From an uncultured Candidatus Saccharibacteria bacterium (GTDB taxonomy: Bacteria; Patescibacteriota; Minisyncoccia; Phycocordibacterales; PALSA-1337): a stretch of DNA of 32,079 nucleotides. Below the pieces are notes generated by a model. It made no database searches. It saw nothing but the letters and a program-made list of their open reading frames with translations, and was not told the DNA's origin. The stretch spans positions 1-32,079 of the forward strand of contig CAYHTR010000003.1 in assembly GCA_964359745.1 (NCBI GenBank). The letters are read 5' to 3'. Shown one piece after another: positions 24,487 to 32,079 of the stretch (position 1 is the first letter of the stretch; every line of letters begins with the position of its first letter). The position numbers and the translations under genes were made by a program.

Positions 24487-25757
24487 TGCATCAATATTTT
24501 TCTTCTTTTATAGAATTTTCTCAACTCATTCTGACACACGGCGGATACTGGATTGTTTTTGTTGTGGCTACTCTCGAATCGTTACCAGTTATTGGAGCAT
24601 TTATTCCCGGTCAGACAATCGTTTTCTTTTCCGGTTTTTTAGCAAAACTTGGTTTATTGAATGTTTTACCATTAATGATTATTGCTTCATTAGGAGCAAT
24701 TTGCGGAGATGTTATAGGATACGAATTGGGTAAAAAATATGGTTATTCTTTTTTGGAAAAATACGGTCATCGTTTTTTTATAAAAAAAGATTATATTGAA
24801 AAAATAAAAGAGATTATGCAAATGCATAGCGGTAAAGCTCTTGTTTTTAGTAGATTTAATCCAATTGCTCGTCCTTTTACTCCTTATTTGGCTGGAGCTG
24901 GCGGAGTTCATGTAAAAAAATTTTGGATATTTAATATTATAGGAGGAGTTAGTTGGGCGGTCTCATCTATTGCTGTCGGATATATATTTGGTGCAAGTTA
25001 TGAAGTGGTTTCTAAATATATGGGTAAATTTATTTTTATTGCCATTATATTATCTATTTTTATTATATGGGGTTATAGATATATAAATACCAGAAAGCAT
25101 ATTTTCGCAAAGTATCATCTTTTTACCCTAGCTATCAACATCACTTCTCTTTATGTGTTTTTTAAAATGCTTGAGGATAGTTTTACAGGAGAATCGTGGC
25201 TCGCACAATTAGATGTCTGGTTTAATTTGAAAATGGTGGCTATTCAAACACTATTTATGGAAAAAATAATGTTTTTTGTAACTGATTTTTTTTCACCATT
25301 GAATATAACTATTTTTTCTATCATAGTAATAGCGATATTGGCTTACAAAAAACACTGGCATAATTTCTTTCTTTTTATATCATCAATCGGGGCAAGTGCT
25401 TTAATGGTTACTTCTGTTAAATTTCTTGTTGAAAGAGTTCGTCCAGATAATGCCTTGTATATTGACACTGGATATAGTTTTCCTTCAGGACACGCAGTTT
25501 TTTCTATAGTATTCTTTTGCTTAATGTTTTATGTTTTGAAGCCCTATATTAAAAATAATTATGCCAAAGAGTTTGTTGGTTTAACCGCCATATTTTTGTT
25601 TATTACTGTCGGTGCCAGTAGGGTCTATTTGAATGTCCACTGGTTTAGTGATGTTATCGGTGGTTTTTCTATGGGTCTTTTCTTGTTATCTGGTCTTATC
25701 CTTATACTCAAAATCATTGAAAATTACTGGCTTGCAAGCAGAAATCGCCTATGGTAA
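24487..25757 (+). CDS. DedA (VTT/SNARE-associated) domain fused to a PAP2 phosphatase domain
   Basis: The N-terminal half (GGYWIVFVVATLESLPVIGAFIPGQT...FSRFNPIARPF) is DedA-like. The C-terminal half has the PAP2 signature KFLVERVRPD ... PSGH ... SRVYLNVHWFSDV. ATG 24487 is preferred over the track start at 24411. Confidence 0.8.
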
Positions 25758-25770
25758 TGTGTATTGACAA

Positions 25771-26253
25771 ATGGCAGATATAAAAGAAAGTCCTAAATTA
25801 GTTGACAGCAACAAGATATATGAAATCGGCTATTTTATCGTTTCTTCTATTCCAGAAGAAAAAGTTTTAGGGGAAATGGAAACTATTAATTTAGTAATTA
25901 CAAAGAATAACGGAGAAATTATTGCCAGTGATACTCCTAAAATTAAACCTCTTGCTTATACTATGATAAAGACGACAGCTGGTCGTAATGTAAGATACAA
26001 CGAAGGTTATTTCGGTTGGATGAAGTTTGAAATTCAATCATCATCAATTGATTTAGTTAAGAAAGAGCTTGATTCTCAAGAAAATATCTTGAGATATTTG
26101 CTTATTAATACTGTGCGAGAAAGCACACTAGCTCCTCAAAAGGTTTTGATGGATAAAGAAGAAAATAAAGAAAATAGCGTATCTGAAGATAAAAAACCAA
26201 TATCTGTTGAAGAGATTGATATGAAAATTGATGCAATGGTAAAAGAAGTATAA
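25771..26253 (+). CDS. rpsF: 30S ribosomal protein S6 with a C-terminal acidic extension
   Basis: YEIGYFIV...KPLAYTM...GYFGWMKFE...ILRYLLI matches S6. It has the canonical rpsF-ssb-rpsR gene order. Confidence 0.8.
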   Translation: MADIKESPKLVDSNKIYEIGYFIVSSIPEEKVLGEMETINLVITKNNGEIIASDTPKIKPLAYTMIKTTAGRNVRYNEGYFGWMKFEIQSSSIDLVKKELDSQENILRYLLINTVRESTLAPQKVLMDKEENKENSVSEDKKPISVEEIDMKIDAMVKEV

Positions 26254-26271
26254 TAATTAATAAATAATTTT

Positions 26272-26733
26272 ATGTATTTAAATAAAGTTCTATTATACGG
26301 AAATATAACTCGCGACCCTGAGGTTCGCGCTCTTCCGTCTGGTATCAAAGTAACATCTCTTGGTCTCGCCACAAACCGTGTATGGAAAGACAAAAATGGT
26401 GCAAAACAAGAATCAACAGATTTTCATAATATCGTTTTGTTTGGTAGACAAGCGGAAACCGCCGCTCAATATCTTAAAAAAGGCGCTAGTATTTTTGTGG
26501 AAGGAAGAATTCAAAATAGAAGTTGGAATGATAAAGATGGTCAAAAAAAATATAGGACGGAAGTCGTCGCGGAACGATTTCAATTTGGTCCACGACCAGC
26601 TGGTGCTGGAGGTTCACAAGGAGCTCCAGTAAAATCTTTTGATGATAAATCAGCAACTCCACCCCAAGCAGATACTGCTGGTGCCATAGAATATCCAGAA
26701 GAAGAAATTAACCCAGATGATATACCATTTTAA
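26272..26733 (+). CDS. ssb: Single-stranded DNA-binding protein
   Basis: OB-fold N-terminus MYLNKVLLYGNITRDPEVR, a Gly/Pro-rich linker, and an acidic tip ending DDIPF. Confidence 0.9.
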   Translation: MYLNKVLLYGNITRDPEVRALPSGIKVTSLGLATNRVWKDKNGAKQESTDFHNIVLFGRQAETAAQYLKKGASIFVEGRIQNRSWNDKDGQKKYRTEVVAERFQFGPRPAGAGGSQGAPVKSFDDKSATPPQADTAGAIEYPEEEINPDDIPF

Positions 26734-26738
26734 ATACT

Positions 26739-26939
26739 ATGAAACAATGCTATTTCTCACAAAATAATATAAAGCATGTGGACTACAAAGATGTTGATAT
26801 TCTCAAGAAATTTTTAAATCCTCATGGACGAATGCTTTCTAGAAAAAAGACCGGCTTAAACGCTCATTTTCAAAGAAAACTTTCTATTGCTGTAAAACAC
26901 GCAAGATTTATAGGACTTCTTCCTTATGTTTCTAGATAA
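26739..26939 (+). CDS. rpsR: 30S ribosomal protein S18
   Basis: 66 aa. VDYKDVDILKKFLNPHGRMLSRKKTGL...QRKLSIAVKHARFIGLLPY. Confidence 0.9.
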   Translation: MKQCYFSQNNIKHVDYKDVDILKKFLNPHGRMLSRKKTGLNAHFQRKLSIAVKHARFIGLLPYVSR

Positions 26940-27042
26940 ATAAGTTATCCACATATAAATTTCTTTACATAAATAATTAAGTGTATAATTAAAAGTACTT
27001 GGTTAGTATTTATTAATTATTAGTAATTTAATTTTTTATTGT

Positions 27043-27591
27043 ATGAAAAAGTTTTTATCAAATACGAAGTTTTCTACAGCGGTGCTTTCAGTGGTCGTTG
27101 GGGTACTTGTTGTTACAGCGTCGTTATCAGCAGCTACGACTATTAGCACTAACATTACTACTGCTGGAACACTTTCGGTAACACAAGGAGCTACATTAAG
27201 TTCAACTCTTGATGTCACTGGAAATACAACTCTTGCTAGCACAACAGCTACTACATTTAAAGTTGGTCAACTTGGAACATCAAATACACAAGTGTTAAAA
27301 GGTACCTGTACTTTAAAAGCAGATCAATCTATAGTTGCAACTTCAACAGGAAGTGCATGGTGTGCTATTTCAAATGTTACTTCAGGTGATGTGGTATTTA
27401 TTACTCTTGCAACTACTACTACGAGTGGTGTAGGTGGAATTACTTCACAATTTATTGTACGAGGTGCACAAGCTTCAACAACTGCTTCAGGTATTGTTGA
27501 TGTTACACTTCTTAACTTAACAGGAGCAGATAGAATTCCTTCATCAGTTCTTGGTTTTGGTTCAACAACTAATTATCTTATCATTCGTTAA
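27043..27591 (+). CDS. Secreted or anchored Ser/Thr-rich hypothetical protein
   Basis: 182 aa. N-terminal signal/anchor (AVLSVVVGVLVVTASLSA), T/S-rich repeats of beta-strand character, and two Cys. No family recognised. Confidence 0.5.
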   Translation: MKKFLSNTKFSTAVLSVVVGVLVVTASLSAATTISTNITTAGTLSVTQGATLSSTLDVTGNTTLASTTATTFKVGQLGTSNTQVLKGTCTLKADQSIVATSTGSAWCAISNVTSGDVVFITLATTTTSGVGGITSQFIVRGAQASTTASGIVDVTLLNLTGADRIPSSVLGFGSTTNYLIIR

Positions 27592-27599
27592 ATTATTCC

Positions 27600-28499
27600 A
27601 TGTCTAAATATTATAAATTAAGCGTAGGTATAGGAATTATCTTACTCTTTCCAGTGATGGTGTTTGCTGGGACATATAATGATGTTAGTTTGACTACTGA
27701 CGCTACAATTAGTCTTAGTAGCACATCTCTAGCAGTAAGCGGTTCAGCAGATGCAGTAGATAGTATTACTGTTGATACAGATCATTTTTCAGTAACTCTT
27801 GATGCCGGCTCTACTATTACGGTTAGGTCTGGAAATAGATATCAACTTAATACTAACTCCTCAAGTCTCTATGTTACAGAAAGTTGTACAGATACTTATT
27901 CAGGTCTCACACTTTCTTCACCTACAGGTGGCGCTACGGTTACTGTGACAGTTACTCCAGATTCTAATGTTAATTGTAGTTTCTCTTCAGGAACTTCAGG
28001 TTCTGGAAGTAGTGGTAGTCGTAGTGGTGGCGGAGGGGGCGGCGGTTCGTATACACCACCATACATTGCTCCGGTTGTTATAAAAACCACTTCAACGCTT
28101 ACATCTGTACAAGTTTCTTCAATTATAGGTCTTCTTCAGTCATTTGGAGCAGATGCAACCACAATCGCAAATGTGCAGGCATCACTTACTGGAGGAACTC
28201 CGGTAGCTACTCAAGTTCAAACATATCTATCGTCAACAAGTTTTACAAAACCTTTGTCTAAGGGGGTTTCAGGTACTGATGTTAGGACTTTACAGATTAT
28301 ATTGAACTCTGACAGTGACACTCGTGTTGCGGATACGGGAGCTGGCTCTCAAGGTAATGAAACAGAAACCTTTGGTTCTCTAACAGAAAAAGCAGTGGGC
28401 AAATTCCAAGTTAAATACGGTATAGCTAATCCCGGTGATCCAGGATATGGCACTGTGGGTCCAAAGACTAGAGCAAAACTTAATGGATTAGCGAAGTAA
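27600..28499 (+). CDS. Secreted protein with an S/T-rich beta domain, a poly-Gly linker and a C-terminal peptidoglycan-binding (PG_binding_1-like) domain
   Basis: Signal peptide. SGSGSSGSRSGGGGGGGS linker (nt ~27990-28045). The C-terminus GVSGTDVRTLQIILN...FGSLTEKAVGKFQVKYGI...GTVGPKTRAKLN matches the PGB motif pattern. Confidence 0.7.
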   Translation: MSKYYKLSVGIGIILLFPVMVFAGTYNDVSLTTDATISLSSTSLAVSGSADAVDSITVDTDHFSVTLDAGSTITVRSGNRYQLNTNSSSLYVTESCTDTYSGLTLSSPTGGATVTVTVTPDSNVNCSFSSGTSGSGSSGSRSGGGGGGGSYTPPYIAPVVIKTTSTLTSVQVSSIIGLLQSFGADATTIANVQASLTGGTPVATQVQTYLSSTSFTKPLSKGVSGTDVRTLQIILNSDSDTRVADTGAGSQGNETETFGSLTEKAVGKFQVKYGIANPGDPGYGTVGPKTRAKLNGLAK

Positions 28500-28500
28500 A

Positions 28501-29067
28501 TTAGATTCTTTCTCGATATTCTGCAGTTTCAGTGTTGATCCTGATAATGTCTCCTTCATTTACAAAGAGGGGGACATTTATCGTTGCTCCTGTTTCTAGT
28601 GTGACAGTTTTTAATCCGCCAGTAACGGTATTTCCTTTAACAGCTGGTGTTGCTTCTGTAACCTTCAAATCTACAGTAATAGGAAGTTTAAAGCCGATGG
28701 TTTGTTCTTTAAAAGTAAGAATATCTACCACAGAGTTTGCTTTTAAGAAATTGCCTTGATTGCCGATTTTTTCTTCAGAAACCTGAAATCTTTTACTTGA
28801 ATCATTGTTTTCGCAAAACCAATATTCTCCACGATTTTGGTATAAAAATTTTACTGGTCGTTTTTCAATTTCCGCTTCTTCTATTTTTTCCGATTGATGA
28901 TATGAATGTTCAGTTACTTTGCCAGTCATTAAGTTTTTCAATTTGGTGGCGTTTACTGGTTTTCGTTGTTGTTTTCTAAAGACGTGCGAAGTGATAACCT
29001 CATACGGTTGTCCGTCTAGGATTATGTATTTTCTCTCAACTACTTCGTTATATTCAAGCAATGCCAT
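28501..29067 (-). CDS. efp: Elongation factor P (atypical loop)
   Basis: 188 aa. ILDGQPYEV...TKLKNLMTG...ATPAVKGNTVTGGLKTVTLETGATINVPLFVNEGDIIRINT is clearly EF-P. The loop at residues 31-36 is RKQQRK instead of KPGKG(Q). Confidence 0.9.
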   Translation of the reverse strand: MALLEYNEVVERKYIILDGQPYEVITSHVFRKQQRKPVNATKLKNLMTGKVTEHSYHQSEKIEEAEIEKRPVKFLYQNRGEYWFCENNDSSKRFQVSEEKIGNQGNFLKANSVVDILTFKEQTIGFKLPITVDLKVTEATPAVKGNTVTGGLKTVTLETGATINVPLFVNEGDIIRINTETAEYRERI

Positions 29068-29110
29068 AATGGAAGCATTTTATACTATAAGGGTTATTAT
29101 GTCTAATTTC

Positions 29111-29138
29111 TTGATTTTATAATACATTTCTGTATACT
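29111..29138 (+). promoter_or_regulatory. Candidate promoter of rplY placing the TSS at or next to the ATG
   Basis: TTGATT (29111-29116), 16-nt spacer, TATACT (29133-29138), 7 nt, ATG (29146). No SD. Confidence 0.4.
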
Positions 29139-29145
29139 ATCTCTT

Positions 29146-29838
29146 ATGCTTACAATAAATTTTGAAACTAGAGATAAGACACAAAAATTAGAGACCCTTC
29201 GCAAAAGTGGTAAAATCCCAGCAGTGTTTTATGGTAGAAAAGAAAAATCTACTCCCATTACCATATCTTCTGCCGATTTTTTAAAAATATGGAAAAAAGC
29301 TGGTGAATCCTCAATTGTTGAACTCAAAGGAGTTTCTGATGGCCATGAAGCGCTTATTAAGGCTATTGATGTGCATCCAGTAACTAGTGTACCAAGACAT
29401 GTTGATTTTTATGTAGTTGAAAAAGGAAAAAAACTTGAAATAAAAGTGCCAATCAATTTTATTGGAGTTTCTACAGCAGTTAAGGATCTTGGCGGTATTT
29501 TGGTTAAGGTGCTTCACGAAGTTGACATTGAAGCGTTGCCTAAAGATTTGCCTAGAGAAATAAATGTTGATATTGCTAAACTTGAAACACTTGAAAGTCA
29601 GATTTTGGCGAAAGATATTATATTACCAACAGGAGTAGAGCTCAAAGTGTCTCCTGAAGAGGTTGTAGCGCTTATTGAAGTGGCAAAAGAGGAAGTTGTA
29701 GAAACAACACCTATAGATATGTCTGCTATTGAAGTTGAAAAGAAAGGTAAGGAAGCCAAAGAGGGTGAAGCTCCTGTGGAAGGTGATACTAAAGAAGCTC
29801 CAAAAGCTGAGGAAAAGAAAGAGAAGAAGGGTAAGTAA
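29146..29838 (+). CDS. rplY: 50S ribosomal protein L25 / general stress protein Ctc form
   Basis: 230 aa. LRKSGKIPAVFYGRKEKSTPI N-terminus, a Ctc-type second domain, and a Lys/Glu-rich tail. Confidence 0.85.
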   Translation: MLTINFETRDKTQKLETLRKSGKIPAVFYGRKEKSTPITISSADFLKIWKKAGESSIVELKGVSDGHEALIKAIDVHPVTSVPRHVDFYVVEKGKKLEIKVPINFIGVSTAVKDLGGILVKVLHEVDIEALPKDLPREINVDIAKLETLESQILAKDIILPTGVELKVSPEEVVALIEVAKEEVVETTPIDMSAIEVEKKGKEAKEGEAPVEGDTKEAPKAEEKKEKKGK

Positions 29839-29890
29839 ATCCTCCCCAACCCCTCCTTTATAAAGGAGGGGAATTCAAAGGGGTGGATTT
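29838..29890 (+). repeat. Nested-hairpin element, family copy B (outer stem plus one CT/GA hairpin)
   Basis: Outer arms AAATCCTCCCC (29838-29848) and GGGGTGGATTT (29880-29890) with one T-T mismatch. Inner CCCCTCCTTT-AT-AAAGGAGGGG (29850-29871). It begins at the last base of the rplY stop codon. Confidence 0.6.
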
Positions 29891-29908
29891 TGATGTTATA
29901 ATAACCAA

Positions 29909-31246
29909 ATGTACCGTATATTAATTGCATTTGTTATTTTATTTTTTGCCACTTTTGCATACGCTCAAGAAACTTGTCCTACGAATGGTCAACCTTTGAC
30001 TGACGCACAACGAGTAATATGTCAAAAAGAACTTGATGATGTAAACATTCAAATTGCTCAACAAGATGCTATTCTTAAAAATCAGCAACAGCAAACATAT
30101 TCGCTTGCACGCGATGTTGCTATACTAAAAGCAAAAATTGAAAAAGCTAAACTTGATATAAAAGCAAAAACAATCCTTATAAATGGACTATCAAAAGATA
30201 TTACTCAAAAGCAGACAGTTATCGGTAATCTTGCTAATAAAATTGACAAAGAAAAAGAATCGCTCGGACAGCTTTTGAGAAAAACAAATGAAATGGAATT
30301 TTATTCGTTGCCTGAAATACTTCTTTCACAACAAGATATTTCTTTCTTTTTTCTTGATTTGGATAATTTTTATTCAATTCAAACAAGTTTGAAGGATTCT
30401 TTTGCGGAACTTAAGCAAGCTAAAAATGAAACTAATGTTCAGAAGCAAAATTTGGAAGTTAAAAAAGATTCAGAAACTGATGCAAAAGTCGCAATTGAAA
30501 CAAATAAACGCAATATTGAAAAAAATCAAGCCGAACTTAATGTTCTTTTAGGTTTAAGTAAAACCCAGGAAAAAAATTATCAAGCTGTTTTGAACGATAA
30601 AGCCAGACGAGCTACTGAAATAAGAAACGCGCTGTTCGCCTTGCGGGATAGTGTGGCTATTCCTTTTGGTAAAGCTCTTGAATACGCCAATTTTGCTTCA
30701 CAAAAAACTGGTGTTCGTCCAGCATTCCTTCTAGCTATTTTGACTCAGGAATCAAACTTAGGTAAAAATGTTGGATCTTGTTATCTTACAAATCAACAAA
30801 CAGGAGAAGGTGTTAACACGAAAACAGGAAAAGTTTTTCCAAATGTGATGAAACCTACTCGTGATGTTGGTCCGTTTATTGAAATAACAAAAGCATTAGG
30901 TCTCGATCCGTTTAAAGCTACGGTATCTTGTCCTATTGTTTCGACAACTTATTGGAATAGTGGTTCTATGGGACCAGCACAATTTCTTCCATCGACATGG
31001 AAACTTTTTATAAATCGTTTGAAAAATATTTTAGGTTATGTTGCTAATCCTTGGGAACCAAAAGATGCTTTTCTAGCTTCTGCTATGTATTTGAGCGATC
31101 TTGGAGGTATTGGCGAAAGTACAAGTGCTCAAAGCAAAGCTGCTTGTAGATATAATACCGGCTCTCAAATATCTACCTGTTCTTATAGCAGAAGCGTGAT
31201 GAAATTAGCTATAAAGATACAGGGAACTATCGATGAACTTGATTAG
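29909..31246 (+). CDS. Secreted coiled-coil protein with a C-terminal lytic transglycosylase (SLT/MltB-like) domain
   Basis: Signal peptide, a ~230-aa coiled-coil, then RPAFLLAILTQESNLGKNVGSC (catalytic Glu context) and GPAQFLPSTW. Confidence 0.75.
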   Translation: MYRILIAFVILFFATFAYAQETCPTNGQPLTDAQRVICQKELDDVNIQIAQQDAILKNQQQQTYSLARDVAILKAKIEKAKLDIKAKTILINGLSKDITQKQTVIGNLANKIDKEKESLGQLLRKTNEMEFYSLPEILLSQQDISFFFLDLDNFYSIQTSLKDSFAELKQAKNETNVQKQNLEVKKDSETDAKVAIETNKRNIEKNQAELNVLLGLSKTQEKNYQAVLNDKARRATEIRNALFALRDSVAIPFGKALEYANFASQKTGVRPAFLLAILTQESNLGKNVGSCYLTNQQTGEGVNTKTGKVFPNVMKPTRDVGPFIEITKALGLDPFKATVSCPIVSTTYWNSGSMGPAQFLPSTWKLFINRLKNILGYVANPWEPKDAFLASAMYLSDLGGIGESTSAQSKAACRYNTGSQISTCSYSRSVMKLAIKIQGTIDELD

Positions 31247-31274
31247 AAATAACTAAAATGCTAGAGTATGTCAT

Positions 31275-31487
31275 ATGAAAAAAGATATACATCCAGCATA
31301 TTTTCCTAAGGCAGTATTTTCCTGTGCTTGCGGTAAAAAGATGACTATTGGCTCTACTAAAGAAAAAGTGGAAGTGGAAATTTGTAGTAATTGTCATCCA
31401 TATTATACGGGAAATGACAAGGTTCTTGATGCGGCAGGGCGAGTGGAAAAATTCAAAACTCGAGCTTCTAAAAAGAAGAAAAGTTAA
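31275..31487 (+). CDS. rpmE: 50S ribosomal protein L31 (Zn-ribbon, Cys-containing form)
   Basis: MKKDIHPAYF...CACGKK...CSNCHPYYTG...GRVEKF. Confidence 0.9.
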   Translation: MKKDIHPAYFPKAVFSCACGKKMTIGSTKEKVEVEICSNCHPYYTGNDKVLDAAGRVEKFKTRASKKKKS

Positions 31488-31494
31488 CAAAAGA

Positions 31495-31603
31495 ACCCGA
31501 GGACTTTCGTTCGTGCTTGGCACAAAAATTTTTTGCTAAAAATTTTCTCTGTTCCGCGCCGTTCGCGCTACACAAGGCCCGCCCGAACGAAAGTCCTCGG
31601 GTT
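31495..31603 (+). repeat. Perfect 20-bp inverted repeat with a 69-nt spacer, followed by a T-run (terminator-like or inserted element)
   Basis: AACCCGAGGACTTTCGTTCG (31495-31514) pairs with CGAACGAAAGTCCTCGGGTT (31584-31603), then TTGATTTT. It lies between rpmE and prfA. Confidence 0.55.
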
Positions 31604-31614
31604 TTGATTTTAAA

Positions 31615-32079
31615 ATGAACCTAGAAGAATTTAAAAAAAATCACAGAACCAGTTATCTCGCCGAAACATACGAGCGACTTTTGGCTGAAGAAAAAGATTT
31701 AAAAGCAATGGAAACAGGCGACCCTTCATTTCGCGGATTAGTTGCGGAAGATTTGAAAAATATTGAAATTCAAAAAGAAGCACTTGAAAAACAAATGCGA
31801 GAAATTGCGGAGGAGGTAAAAGTTGCTGATGAAATACCAACAGAGCTTATTCTTGAAGTTCGCGCTGGCGCTGGTGGAGATGAAGCAGCTTTATTTGCTG
31901 AAGAATTGGCTATGATGTATAAAAAATACGCCGAAAATCGTGGATGGAAATTTAAAACATTAGAAGAATCGAGAAGCGCATCTGGCGGATACAAAGAAGC
32001 GTCATTTGAGATTTCCGGAAAAGATGTTTTTGCCAAATTACAATATGAAACTGGAGTCCATCGTATTCAGCGGGTTCCT
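31615..32079 (+). CDS. prfA: Peptide chain release factor 1 (5' part, runs off the window)
   Basis: Own translation from ATG 31615: [23 protein letters not shown]...[37 protein letters not shown]...[14 protein letters not shown]. The GGDEAALFA motif indicates RF1 rather than RF2. It is not in the ORF track because it is open-ended. Confidence 0.85.
   Translation, partial: MNLEEFKKNHRTSYLAETYERLLAEEKDLKAMETGDPSFRGLVAEDLKNIEIQKEALEKQMREIAEEVKVADEIPTELILEVRAGAGGDEAALFAEELAMMYKKYAENRGWKFKTLEESRSASGGYKEASFEISGKDVFAKLQYETGVHRIQRVP

Noticed and set aside
31519-31537. Sigma-54 promoter (TGGCAC ... TTGC) inside the rpmE-prfA inverted repeat.
   Set aside because: The spacer between TGGCAC and TTGC is 9 nt rather than the required ~5 nt, so the -24/-12 geometry fails.

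Overview
Visibly AT-rich bacterial chromosomal window. It uses the standard genetic code: TGA serves as a stop, for example in the ATGA overlap at 7594-7597. About 45 real genes are tightly packed. The dominant feature is a secretin-less type IV pilus (T4P) / competence-like supercluster at about 3751-17508. In order it holds comF, pilM, an inserted two-gene block, pilN-like, pilO, a PilP-like gene, pilB, a CheY-like receiver, pilT, pilC, three tandem pilins, pilD and four minor pilins. Housekeeping genes flank it: ftsH 3' end, recG, ligA, rpsF-ssb-rpsR, efp, rplY, rpmE and the prfA 5' end. There are also two tRNAs (Ile-UAU, Ser-GCU) and a mazEF-type toxin-antitoxin pair. One tightly packed five-gene string on the plus strand runs ZIP metal transporter, PIF1-like helicase, small NPF-repeat membrane protein, Cys-repeat/Met-Gln-rich secreted protein, Cas4-like Fe-S nuclease. 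Further genes include a DedA-PAP2 fusion, S/T-rich secreted proteins and a coiled-coil lytic transglycosylase. The gene content suggests a small-genome monoderm-like bacterium of the Candidate Phyla Radiation / Patescibacteria type; this is inference only. The non-obvious signals I consider most worth follow-up are listed here. (1) An orphan unit on the minus strand at 24307-24453 has a near-consensus promoter and an intrinsic terminator with no ORF, so it is a candidate ~110-nt sRNA with an exposed CCUCCU. (2) A family of nested polypurine/polypyrimidine hairpin elements sits immediately after stop codons at 12855, 14485 and 29838. (3) Five genes have a -10 hexamer 6-7 nt upstream of the ATG, suggesting leaderless mRNAs. 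(4) Perfect DnaA-box 9-mers recur in intergenic positions. (5) A DUF3800-like insertion splits the pilus operon. (6) EF-P has its canonical KPGKG loop replaced. No CRISPR array, transposase, integrase or reverse transcriptase was seen. I cannot point to a clearly novel multi-gene system with confidence.
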